Shown here: in pieces, positions 18,614-27,939 of the stretch
How the letters are laid out: each line of letters starts with the position of its first letter
How positions within the stretch are numbered: the stretch's first letter is position 1
Source: Desulfatiglandales bacterium
GTDB taxonomy: Bacteria; Desulfobacterota; DSM-4660; Desulfatiglandales; Desulfatiglandaceae
Reading direction: 5' to 3'
Assembly (NCBI GenBank): GCA_963662465.1
Contig: OY759599.1
Location: forward strand, 832,001 to 896,000
DNA: 64,000 bases
Notes under the pieces: generated by a model
Seen by the model: only the letters and a program-made list of their open reading frames with translations
What the model was told of the DNA's origin: nothing
Database searches by the model: none
Made by a program: the position numbers and the translations under genes

Positions 18614-20015
18614 GATCGATGCTCTTGGCTGAAAATGCACATCTGAGTCGGCGCGCCAAGTTTATCATCAGCGGCCCCGACCGGGAGGAACTTTGTGGTA
18701 TAGTTATATGTGTCTGCCATACCGTTGGCCCATGCCTCAAACTCATCGCGAGTCCATTCAAAACGATGGTCTTTGTGACGCAGCTTTTCAGGGCCAATCG
18801 TCTCCCACAGGGAGTTGTACTCATGATTCGGCGTTGTCAATACAATGAGCCCCGGCCTTGCAAATTCAAATAACACGCGCTCAAAAGCCTTGAGACGGGG
18901 TTGATCCAGATGTTCGATGACCTCTATTACTGCTGCCGCATCGAATCCCGCCAACCTTTTGTCCCGGTACATGAGTGAGCCGTGAAGGAGTTCAATTCGT
19001 TGTTTTTGCATGGGCGGCAAATCCTTCATGTGAAGGCGTTCATGGGCGATTTCAAGGGATCTGATGGACACATCAAACCCCATTATTTTTGTGAACTGTT
19101 TCTCTTTCAGGAGCAGCGCTAACAGCTTTCCGCTGCCGCATCCCAGGTCAACGATGGTTTCCGCCCCCGATGCCTTGAGTGCAGCGCGTACCGCGCCCAG
19201 CCGCGCTTCATTGAGATGGACCTTTTCTATCTTTTCTTCGGATGGCGCTTTGGGTTCACCGATGTCATCTTCCCCGGTCGGGTTGATTTCCATGAGACGC
19301 AAGATCGCTTCCAGCGCATAGCTCCGCAGATATTTGAGATACCGTTTGGCAATGGTGTCGCGCTCGGGGTGATCGGACAGCCAACCCTCACCTCTTTTCA
19401 GGAGTTTGCTGATTTCATTTTTATCAATGTAGTAGTGTTTCCGGTTGTCCAAAACAGGAATGAGAACGTAAAGATGGTTAAAAAGCGCCTTTACGCTGGT
19501 CGTCTTTGATAGTTCGACGGTGTAGTAAGGGCTGACGCCCCATTCAGGGAAATGCTCATCCAGGGTATATGCCTGAGCATCCACGCGGTAACCCAAAGGC
19601 TCAAACAGCCGCCTCAAAAACCCCTCCCCACCTCTGCATGGCAGCACGGAAATCTTAACGGTCAGCGGCATCGGTGTCTCAACAAGTTCAGGCCAAACAT
19701 TGCATTTGCCGTTCAATGTTTGGCCGAAAACCCGCGAAAGCGTCATGCTCATGAACGAGGAACACACATAAGGACGGTCATTTACATACGGCTCAATGGG
19801 TACACCCGTATGCTGGTTTCCTTTTCCTCGAACGAGTTCGACAGGATCCACATCCAAAAGGATAGCCAGGGTGCATTTTTCGTCGCTTGCCTCGGGGTAG
19901 AAGATATTCACGATGCCAAAGGACATTTTTTCGCCTGGCATCGGTAAGGATTTTTATGAACAAGATATCCCAAATCAGTGGCGGGTCTATGTGTTGTCGA
20001 AATGGTCAGCAGCAT
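18610..20015 (-). pseudogene. hen1: Hen1 RNA 2'-O-methyltransferase with a 1-nt frameshift in an A6 run (19926-19931)
   Basis: MLLTISTTHRPATDLGYLVHKNP starts at 20015; body has YVNDRPY, DLGCGSG, EVIEHL, TPN and HRFEW; ATGA overlap with pnkp. Confidence 0.92.
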
Positions 20016-20030
20016 TGCCTTTTTTCTCCC

Positions 20031-20219
20031 TCAATCCATTCTTACCACTTTCTTCATCAATTTTTCAAAACCATCCCAATTATTATTCCGACAAAGTTTC
20101 CCCATTTTTTCTGTCTGAGCCTGTGTAGCAGTTTGATAAAATTTAACCATTTCCACAAAACCCACATTATCCGGGCATGATGCTTCCCATAAATTCTTAA
20201 CAATCTGCCTGGTCTTCAT
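20031..20219 (-). CDS. Small hypothetical protein heading the hen1 run
   Basis: 62-aa ORF with an AGAGGA RBS, ending 15 nt before the hen1 start. Confidence 0.5.
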   Translation of the reverse strand: MKTRQIVKNLWEASCPDNVGFVEMVKFYQTATQAQTEKMGKLCRNNNWDGFEKLMKKVVRMD

Positions 20220-20271
20220 GTATCTTTTCCTCTATACGTGTCCCCATGCCATTCTCATGATGACCCAGTTA

Positions 20272-20463
20272 TGTGACATTTTTAGCCACATTTAAAGGAA
20301 AATTCTCAAGAAATCAAAATCTCATATTATTGAAAGATCTGTGGCTAAAAATGACACACTAAACTAACTGTCGAGTAATGCGGTTGCCTTCATGCTATCA
20401 AGCATTTCCGATTTCTTCAAAAACTTCATGATTTTTAAAAAGACTATGGCCAAAGACGTCACA
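20272..20463. promoter_or_regulatory. Three pseudo-palindromic boxes in the divergent hen1 / rtcB promoter region
   Basis: TGTGACATTTTTAGCCACA (20272), TGTGGCTAAAAATGACACA (20340), TATGGCCAAAGACGTCACA (20445). Confidence 0.7.
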
Positions 20464-20557
20464 GTTTCAGAGTAAATTTCGGCAAATCACTTGACAAAAC
20501 AGATCTTTATGGAATTTGATCTGTTTGATAAATGAACACATCAAGTATAGGAGATGT

Positions 20558-20849
20558 ATGCGCGCAAAAACGACCCTGATCGCCTCAGATAAGAGCTGGA
20601 TCGAAGGCGATGCCATCAGACAGTTGGAAAAAACAGCGGAGCTGGAGGGCATGCTGTCAGCCGTGGGGCTGCCGGATCTGCACCCGGGTAAAGGAGGTCC
20701 GGTGGGCGCTGCCTGCGGCACCATCGGCGGCGGAAGCCTACAAAAACATTGAAGCGGTCATTGTGGATATGGGCCAGGCGGGCCTCATCAAGGTTCTGGC
20801 CACCCTGCGTCCGCTGATAACGTACAAGATGAGGATGGAAAAACAATGA
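20558..20849 (+). pseudogene. rtcB: Internally deleted RtcB2-type RNA ligase
   Basis: WIEGDA..PDLHPGKG.PVGAA, then GTIGGG, then AYKNIE..LRPLITYK; only scraps remain. Confidence 0.88.
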
Positions 20850-21262
20850 TACGCCGGCTTCAGATTACATCAGGAAGAGGCCCGGAGGAGTGCTGCTGGG
20901 TGGTCTTTCAGCTGACCCATTTCCTGACGCGATTGGCCGGTCGGAAAGGGCTGAAGACAGACCTGATAGAAGCCATTCCTGGAGATTATCCCAACTCCCT
21001 TAAATCAGCACTGATCTCTGTTGAAGGATCTCAAAAAGTCAACGATTTCGTTCAACATTGGGAGGGAACCATCCAGTGGATCGGTCAAAGCCCCTTTCGG
21101 CCCAACCATAAACGCAAGAGTTGGTTTGTGGGAGTGACGACGCTGACACCCATGCCACCTGAAAGCATAAACAGCCGCGCCTTCCGCATGAACCCGATCG
21201 AAACTCCTCCAAAACCCCCGGCAGGGCTTCCACCAGATACGACGGTAGTGACAACAAGGTAA
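20846..21262 (+). pseudogene. prfH: Peptide chain release factor H, truncated before the GGQ domain
   Basis: LQITSGRGPEEC and GTIQWIGQSPFRPNHKRKSWFVGV; no GGQ motif. Confidence 0.85.
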
Positions 21263-21655
21263 AAGATACCGGAACAGTGCCCCTCTCCATCCTGACCGAA
21301 TGGGTCAGAGAACGGATTTCCGGAAGATTCAAGATCAAAGCGGACGCACAGGGGTGATTCTTTGCGCGCCGCAAACTGGTGGATGGGGATGACCAGGTTT
21401 CCGCTCGATGTCACCTAATCGGTTTCCGTTCGATCGCCGCTTTGATAGGCTTCTTTGGAAAGATCCACTGGAAAATGCCGACGTCTAACGCTTTCTTTAT
21501 TTTTTTCTTTTACCCATAATATTTAGCTATTTTATAGAATATTTTTGGAGGTTCTGTTTTTTGTTGAGCATTCCCCTTTTTGCTGTTAGCATTCAGTTCA
21601 CGTAACAAGTATGACATTTTTGCTCACAATTTCAGAAAAATATGGAAAGGGATTT

Positions 21656-21991
21656 ATGAAGGACAACAAAATCCTGTTTATTGATGCATCGGCCGAATTT
21701 GTGTGGGGAGGAAACAAAAACAAACTGAGCGATGAAAACCGCACCAAAATACTGGAAGCGTTTATCCAGCGCAAAGACATCGCGCATTTTGCCAAACTGG
21801 TAGATAGTAAAACCATTGCGGAAAACGACTACAATATCGCGGTATCCACCTATGTGGCTCAAAAAGACACCCGCAAGGTGATTGATATTACACAACTCAA
21901 CGCCGAGATTGCCGGCATTGTTGCCCGACAAAATGAATTGCGCACGGCGATTGATGAAATTGTCGCTGATTTGGAGGGAAGCCCGCAATGA
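21656..21991 (+). pseudogene. hsdM: C-terminal remnant of type I R-M methyltransferase HsdM
   Basis: ILFIDAS...IAENDYNIAVSTYV...LRTAIDEIVADLE tail; no catalytic core. Confidence 0.8.
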
Positions 21992-23001
21992 AAGAAAAGC
22001 AAAAAACTAATACCCTTATTTATAAAACCGAAGACGGAAAAGCGGACATTACCGTTCATCTTGAAAACGAGGATGTATGGTTAAGCCAACAGCAAATGGC
22101 GGAACTCTACCAAACATCACGAACCAATGTCGTCGAACACATCAAGCACATTTTTGAGGAAGGGGAATTGGCCGAGGAGGCAACCTGTCGGAAATTCCGA
22201 CAGGTTCAAAAAGAAGGAAGCAGAAATGTAGCACGGGAAATCCCTTTTTATAACCTCGATATGATCATTTCCCTCGGGTATCGGATTAAATCCCGTATTG
22301 CCACCAGCTTCAGGATATGGGCGACAAAACGATTGAATGAGTACATCCGCAAAGGTTTTACCATGGATGACGAGCGTCTCAAAGGCGCAGGTGGTGGAAA
22401 TTACTGGAAGGAACTGCTCGACCGTATTCGCGACATCCGCAGCAGCGAAAAAGTGATGTACCGCCAGGTGCTGGACCTGTATGCGACCAGTATTGATTAC
22501 GATCCGAACACACAAGAATCCATACGGTTTTTCAAAACCGTACAAAACAAGCTTCATTACGCGGTCAATAAACAAACCGCGGCTGAAACGATTTATTCGC
22601 GCGCCGATGCTGAAAAAGATTTTATGGGCTTGACGACCTTTGCCGGTGAGATTCCCATAAAAGCAGAAACCAAAATCGCCAAAAATTATCTGAATGAAGA
22701 TGAATTGTTTCGTCTTAATCGCATGGTATCGGCATTTTTTGACCTTGCTGAAATTAAAGCCCGGGAACATACCCAAATGCGGATGAAAGATTGGGTGGCG
22801 GAACTTGATAAATTTTCTGCAATGTATGGCAAGGGCGTGCTGCCGAATGCGGGGAAAATCAGCCACGATGAAGCCATGCAAAAAGCCGAACAAGAATACC
22901 GCCAATATCAGGCAAAAACGCTCTCTCCCGTAGAAAAAGCGTATTTGGATACCATCAGAACCGTACAGAAAAAAGCGGAGAAGAAATGGCAAGGGCCATG
23001 A
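21988..23001 (+). CDS. RhuM-family (virulence RhuM) protein
   Basis: VWLSQQQMAELY, YNLDMIISLGYRI, KGFTMDDERLK, VQNKLH and IAKNYL motifs. Confidence 0.9.
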   Translation: MKEKQKTNTLIYKTEDGKADITVHLENEDVWLSQQQMAELYQTSRTNVVEHIKHIFEEGELAEEATCRKFRQVQKEGSRNVAREIPFYNLDMIISLGYRIKSRIATSFRIWATKRLNEYIRKGFTMDDERLKGAGGGNYWKELLDRIRDIRSSEKVMYRQVLDLYATSIDYDPNTQESIRFFKTVQNKLHYAVNKQTAAETIYSRADAEKDFMGLTTFAGEIPIKAETKIAKNYLNEDELFRLNRMVSAFFDLAEIKAREHTQMRMKDWVAELDKFSAMYGKGVLPNAGKISHDEAMQKAEQEYRQYQAKTLSPVEKAYLDTIRTVQKKAEKKWQGP

Positions 23002-23080
23002 AAAAATTATTGATGAAAACGGAGATTATATTGTTGTTAATTCAAAATTTATCTCAACTGATGGAAAAGTTAAGAAATAT
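22985..23080 (+). pseudogene. Short fragment resembling an HsdS target-recognition domain
   Basis: NGKGHEKIIDENGDYIVVNSKFISTDGKVKKY in an alternative frame; fits the hsdM-rhuM-hsdS gene order. Confidence 0.55.
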
Positions 23081-23303
23081 CGTGCTGACTTCCGGCAGAA
23101 CGATGGTCGGAAATGACACACTTCCCGTTTAAAAATGTTTACGATGCAACATAATGGCCCTGTTTTCTCTCAGAATACGAAAAACCATTGACTTTCTACC
23201 GTTGAATATGCAAAAGACTATTGACTTTCTACATTGATGGCCGAAATGACTATCTACTCGGTTAACGGTTTATAGCTAAGGATTTACAGGAAGGCATTTT
23301 TCC

Positions 23304-24617
23304 ATGAAACGATGGGTAGAAAAACAGGTGATATCCTGGAAGGATTCGTCACGCCGCAAGCCGTTGATCATTCGCGGGGCGCGCCAGGTGGGAAAGACGT
23401 GGGTTGTGGAGAATATCCTTGCCGGGCAATTTGAAAACTTTGTCAAGATCGATTTGGAAAAGCGTCGGGATTTGCATGTTCATTTTGCAGGAAATCTTGA
23501 ACCTCGAACAATACTGAGTTATCTGGAATTGGCCACGGGTCGCATTACGCCGGGTGAGACCCTCGTCTTTTTGGATGAAATCCAGGCCTGCCCGAGAACC
23601 ATCATGGCATTGCGCTATTTTTATGAACAGATGCCGGAACTTCACGTTGTTGCCGCGGGTTCATTGCTGGAGTTTGCGTTTGGCGAGATCTCCATCCCCG
23701 TGGGTCGCGTGCAATATCTGCACATGTATCCCATGACCTTCCACGAATACCTTCTTGCCATGGGCAGGGAACCCATGGCCGAATATGCGCTCCTCTCTCC
23801 GGCCTACGTTGATCAAACGGTCCAAGAGATGATCCTTCATGAATTACGGAACTATTTTTTCGTGGGCGGCATGCCTGAATGTGTCAAAACCTATCGCGAC
23901 TCGGGTTCAATGGTTGAAACCTTCCGGGTTCAGTCGGAGATACTGGACTCCTATCGTGATGACTTTTCCAAATATATGCCGGGCATTGACGCACTTTGCC
24001 TCGATGCGGTTTTCTTGAACGTGGCAAAAAGTGTTGGCGAACAGTTGAAATATGCCAGGCTTAATGATGGCCATTCGGGACAGACCAATCGCAAGGCGTT
24101 TGACCTGCTGGTCAAGGCGAAATTGATTCAGAAAATCCCCGCTTGCGATCCGTCCGGTCTGCCACTGGGGGCAACCGCCAATCCAAAGAAATTCAAGGGC
24201 GCCATGCTGGACATGGGACTCCTGCAACGGCTCTGCCAGGTGCCGGTGGAATTGGAATTGAAGCAGGAAAACCTCCTGTCCATGTATCGCGGGAAACTGG
24301 CGGAACAATTCGTTGCCCAGGAGCTTCTGGCCTGGCATAGTTCGGAGTTGTTCTACTGGGCGCGCGACGCCCGCGGCAGCAATGCCGAAGTGGACTATCT
24401 AGCCGTCCGTGAAGGAAAGATTTACCCCGTGGAGGTTAAATTAGGCACGGGGGGGAGTTTGCGAAGCCTTCATCTCATGCTTGAAAAATACCCCAATTGT
24501 CCCCGGGGGTTGGTGCTTTACAGCGGACCATACAGAAATTTACCTGATCAGAAGATCGAGTTTCTACCATTATACGGCGTGGCCGGCATCGGCGACAAAC
24601 GGCCGACCGTTGTTTGA
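23304..24617 (+). CDS. ATP-binding protein of AAA_14 + DUF4143 type
   Basis: GARQVGKT, FLDEIQ, GGMPE and EVDY...PVEVK motifs. Confidence 0.9.
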   Translation: MKRWVEKQVISWKDSSRRKPLIIRGARQVGKTWVVENILAGQFENFVKIDLEKRRDLHVHFAGNLEPRTILSYLELATGRITPGETLVFLDEIQACPRTIMALRYFYEQMPELHVVAAGSLLEFAFGEISIPVGRVQYLHMYPMTFHEYLLAMGREPMAEYALLSPAYVDQTVQEMILHELRNYFFVGGMPECVKTYRDSGSMVETFRVQSEILDSYRDDFSKYMPGIDALCLDAVFLNVAKSVGEQLKYARLNDGHSGQTNRKAFDLLVKAKLIQKIPACDPSGLPLGATANPKKFKGAMLDMGLLQRLCQVPVELELKQENLLSMYRGKLAEQFVAQELLAWHSSELFYWARDARGSNAEVDYLAVREGKIYPVEVKLGTGGSLRSLHLMLEKYPNCPRGLVLYSGPYRNLPDQKIEFLPLYGVAGIGDKRPTVV

Positions 24618-24781
24618 ATATAGTCCGGCCCGAAAAAAGGCCCCTTTTGTCAACATCATTCGCCGGGCTTGGTCGCCATTCTTATGGAAAACTTCCTTTT
24701 TCCACGGCATCCTTCATAATTAAGCATCCTTAAGAAAATCGAGTTCAACTCTTTTGTAAATACTTTAACTATAAGGATATA

Positions 24782-25909
24782 ATGGAAACTCTCAGAAACT
24801 TGTGCTCGATAAAAATAATTGCTTCCCCAAAAAATTGGATTGAAGGAGAAGCCATTAAACAACTGCAAAACACGGCAAAATTTCCCGGTATGGAGATGGC
24901 CGTAGGCTTGCCGGACTTGCATCCGGGAAAAGGGAGTCCCATCGGCGCCGCATTCTTTACGAAAAACATCTTATATCCATACCTTATCGGAAACGATATC
25001 GGTTGCGGCATGGGGTTGTGGCAAACCGATCTCAAGAAAAATAAAATTAAAAGAGACCGTTGGGTCAAAAAATTATATGCCTTAGAAAACCAACGGGACA
25101 ACGATACAAAAGCATGGTTTGAAAAAGATAATTTAAAATCGAATGAATGGGATGGTTCATTGGGCACAATCGGCGGTGGAAATCACTTCGCTGAACTGCA
25201 AACGATTGATTCCATAGAAAATACGGAGCAATTCCAAAAAACAGGATTGAGTCAAAAGCACCTTTTATTATTGGTCCACAGCGGTTCGAGAGGATTTGGG
25301 GAAGAAATACTTAGAAAACATGTGGATCAATTTAAAAGCAACGGCATACATGAAGAATCCGAAGCCGCCATTCAGTATATGAACGAACATGACCATGCCA
25401 AAAAATGGGCTTTTTCAAACAGAGGGCTCATTGCGCATCGTTTTTTAGCGATACTGGGGACAAAAGGCCATCCGGTTTCAGATATTTGTCATAATAGTCT
25501 GAGTCACATAAAAATAAACAATCATTTCGGCTGGCTGCATCGAAAAGGCGCAGCGCCTTCCGATGAAGGCTTAATCGTCATTTCAGGGTCTCGGGGAAGT
25601 TTCAGTTATTTAGTATCGCCTACCGGAGAACAAAATGACAATTGTTTTTCATTGGCACACGGTGCGGGACGTAAATGGAAACGGAGTGAAACCAGGAGCC
25701 GATTAAAAAACAAATATCCATATCAATCGTTATGGAAAACAAAACTTGGCAGCGTCGTCATTTGCAACAATAAAGACTTGCTCTATGAAGAAGCGCCACA
25801 AGCCTATAAAAATATTGAGATTGTTGTAAATGATCTGCAGGAAGCAGGGCTGATAAAAGTCGTTGCCCTGTTAAGACCCCTGATCACCTACAAAACATGG
25901 AAGCCATAA
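24782..25909 (+). CDS. rtcB: RtcB2-type (PrfH-coupled) RNA ligase, apparently intact
   Basis: PDLHPG, DIGCG, GTIGGGNHF, HSGSRG, HRKGA, AHGAGR and EEAPQAYK motifs. Confidence 0.92.
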   Translation: METLRNLCSIKIIASPKNWIEGEAIKQLQNTAKFPGMEMAVGLPDLHPGKGSPIGAAFFTKNILYPYLIGNDIGCGMGLWQTDLKKNKIKRDRWVKKLYALENQRDNDTKAWFEKDNLKSNEWDGSLGTIGGGNHFAELQTIDSIENTEQFQKTGLSQKHLLLLVHSGSRGFGEEILRKHVDQFKSNGIHEESEAAIQYMNEHDHAKKWAFSNRGLIAHRFLAILGTKGHPVSDICHNSLSHIKINNHFGWLHRKGAAPSDEGLIVISGSRGSFSYLVSPTGEQNDNCFSLAHGAGRKWKRSETRSRLKNKYPYQSLWKTKLGSVVICNNKDLLYEEAPQAYKNIEIVVNDLQEAGLIKVVALLRPLITYKTWKP

Positions 25910-25910
25910 T

Positions 25911-26040
25911 ATGGACTGTTGGGTGCAAATTACATCGGGAAGAGGTCCTGAAGAGTACGGTCGTGCCGTATTTCAAATCATGACAATATTTGCAACGGAA
26001 GCCCATGGAAAAAACGGGCTTGATCATTGTTTCAACCATT
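25911..26040 (+). pseudogene. prfH: prfH N-terminal fragment
   Basis: WVQITSGRGPEE directly after rtcB; similarity is lost after about 35 codons. Confidence 0.75.
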
Positions 26041-26046
26041 TTGAAA

Positions 26047-26071
26047 AGGGCGAAAAATTTTTCGCTCCTAC
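26047..26071 (-). repeat. GTAG-type REP-like palindrome
   Basis: agggcgaaaaatttttcgctcctac. Confidence 0.65.
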
Positions 26072-26186
26072 AGGCGGAGAAAACCAAATGCGGCATCCCA
26101 CTGAAAAAAAATACAATAGGATGAGGCTGCAACTCAACTACATTCTATGCTGGATGGATCTTTTTAATTTTGAAGGAAGGAGACTG

Positions 26187-26384
26187 TTAAAATTGGATAT
26201 CAGGATTATTTGTGACCGGTTCGGACGGAATTTGGCTAAACAAGTTCAAAGCTCCGAAAGTAGCCCTGGGCTGCGCCACGGCCGACTCAATAGCGCCGAG
26301 ATCGCGAATCCCAGAGGCTCCTCCAGATGATTCAATGACACGCCGATGAATCTTTATAACTTCCGATAAGGACAAGTAACGCAT
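26187..26384 (-). pseudogene. Doc (death-on-curing) toxin, truncated
   Basis: MRYLSLSEV..IH...GIRDLG.IESA..QP.ATFG; the catalytic HPF-DGNKR region is absent. Confidence 0.8.
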
Positions 26385-26581
26385 TAAGCAAGCCTTCGAT
26401 AGAGTTCTGTATTCTTTTTCAGAACATACCTGACTGCCTCCTCAAAAGATTCTTCAGGCCGAGCCAGCAGGTCCTTAATGCTGGCGGCGACCAGTTCTTC
26501 AGGAGAGACACGAAGCTGCACGGCAACCTCTTTAAGTCTCGCGAAGCGATCATCAGAAATGCTTACTGTCATATTTATCAT
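26384..26581 (-). CDS. Doc-associated antitoxin / DNA-binding protein
   Basis: 65 aa ending KNTELYRRLA; coupled to doc; GGAGG RBS. Confidence 0.8.
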   Translation of the reverse strand: MINMTVSISDDRFARLKEVAVQLRVSPEELVAASIKDLLARPEESFEEAVRYVLKKNTELYRRLA

Positions 26582-26662
26582 GTGAAATCCTCCTTACGGT
26601 TTTCCTTCGCACAACGGCCGGTAAAAAACGTGGAAATTATTTCCGTTAGGCAAAATGCGGCG

Positions 26663-26772
26663 AATTCCGGGGACACTTTTCTTAATTTTCGTCACTGTGG
26701 AAGACAGGGCCTGGAAATCCAGCGCTGACCCTGCGCCAAAAAGTGAAGATAAGTAAGGTGTCCCTGGAACTT
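26663..26772. repeat. Composite inverted-repeat (REP/MITE-like) element
   Basis: aattccggggacacttttcttaatt ... ataagtaaggtgtccctggaactt, with an inner hairpin. Confidence 0.55.
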
Positions 26773-26938
26773 ACTTGGGGTTAATTGACATATCCCCACT
26801 TTCTGAATTGTGAACTCAATTTTGAGTCCTGATTCCTATCTGTGGAAAAATTAGAAATTGGAAGACTAAACCCAACATGGCGATTTGTCATCAGCGTAAA
26901 AGCATCTATCGCAACATCAAATCGGTCGCTGAACTCGC

Positions 26939-27235
26939 TCAACGCCACTCAACCGAAAGACTTGGCACTCTTTCTGGAATTGGCCGATGGCATGTGGGAC
27001 CTTCACGCAATTGCGCTTCCGTGTATTGTACATCCTGCGTCACATGGATGGGATATGTGGGCGTGCCCAGGCCAAACTCAACGGTATATCGGCCTTCCAT
27101 AATGCTTGTTTCAAGAGTGCCGGTCTCTTTTTGGACCAGGTGGCCATCGTCGTCGCCGAGCCAAATGTCTGTAATCGGTGATGAAGCTGCGATGATGAGT
27201 TTTCGATACACGGGGTTAGTCGGCGTTTTTCTCAT
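26939..27235 (-). CDS. Hypothetical protein
   Basis: 98-aa ORF with a GGAGG RBS. Confidence 0.55.
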   Translation of the reverse strand: MRKTPTNPVYRKLIIAASSPITDIWLGDDDGHLVQKETGTLETSIMEGRYTVEFGLGTPTYPIHVTQDVQYTEAQLREGPTCHRPIPERVPSLSVEWR

Positions 27236-27268
27236 GGTTATCCTCCGAAGGTTCCCAAAATACGCCTG

Positions 27269-27586
27269 TCAAAAAGGCAAGTCATCCTCGTCGACACTGC
27301 CGGCCTTTTCCAAATCAGGTTCAAGCACCGACTGAGAACTCTCTCGATTTTTCTTCTGTCCCTGTTGCTGTTCCCATTCGTACAATTCCTCGTACGACTC
27401 GTTTTGAAAAAGCCAGATAGGATCAGCATTCCTTCTAATGAATTCATCAACTGGGAGGCCTTCGATGGTTGGAGGGCGCTTAATTCGCTTTTGCTTCCCA
27501 TTTATGAAAATGGTCATATACTCCTGACGCCGTCGCTTCTTTTCAGCCTTTTCCGCGGGCGTAAGCTTTCTTTTGTGCTTCACCAT
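27269..27586 (-). CDS. Hypothetical protein with a basic N-terminus and an acidic DDLPF tail
   Basis: 105-aa ORF with an AAGGAG RBS. Confidence 0.6.
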   Translation of the reverse strand: MVKHKRKLTPAEKAEKKRRRQEYMTIFINGKQKRIKRPPTIEGLPVDEFIRRNADPIWLFQNESYEELYEWEQQQGQKKNRESSQSVLEPDLEKAGSVDEDDLPF

Positions 27587-27659
27587 GATGGATATTACTC
27601 CTTAGAACAACCGCGGCAATTAACAGATCCGCCATTCGACATAAGAAACACCCTTTTAA

Positions 27660-27771
27660 GGTGACATTTTTGTTCACGGTTGGGAAGAAAAAAAAGTTAA
27701 AATATCACTTTTTCGAACATAAGTATGGCCAAAAAACCTGGGGCTTTGTACAAGGAGCCCAAGTTTGATCC
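27660..27771 (+). other. Pseudo-palindromic box (27660-27678) plus a short scrap of a WYL paralogue (27723-27771)
   Basis: GGTGACATTTTTGTTCACG; the scrap encodes AKKPGALYKEPKFDP versus ARKPGALYKEPAFDP at 6687-6735. Confidence 0.65.
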
Positions 27772-27939
27772 GCGCTACCCGCTGTTTCAAGCATCATAAG
27801 GGGTCTATATTCCATAAGGCGGAATCAATGTCATCATTGGTCGAAACGATGATCAGGACCTGTGCCAAATGCCTCTTCATTCCTTGCAATGGAACGTCCC
27901 CATGCGATATTGTCTGAAATCGCAAAGGAGGAATGCTAC

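Noticed and set aside
20272..20290. CRP/FNR site interpretation of the TGTGA box
   Set aside because: Half-site spacing is longer than TGTGA-N6-TCACA
25911..26330. 139-aa ORF as a complete PrfH
   Set aside because: Only the first 35 or so residues are PrfH-like; the rest reads through a REP and the antisense of doc
26609..26651. attC-like pair (gcctaac...gttgtgc on the minus strand) among small cassette-like ORFs
   Set aside because: Too short, inner pairing is poor, and there is no integron integrase or convincing second site
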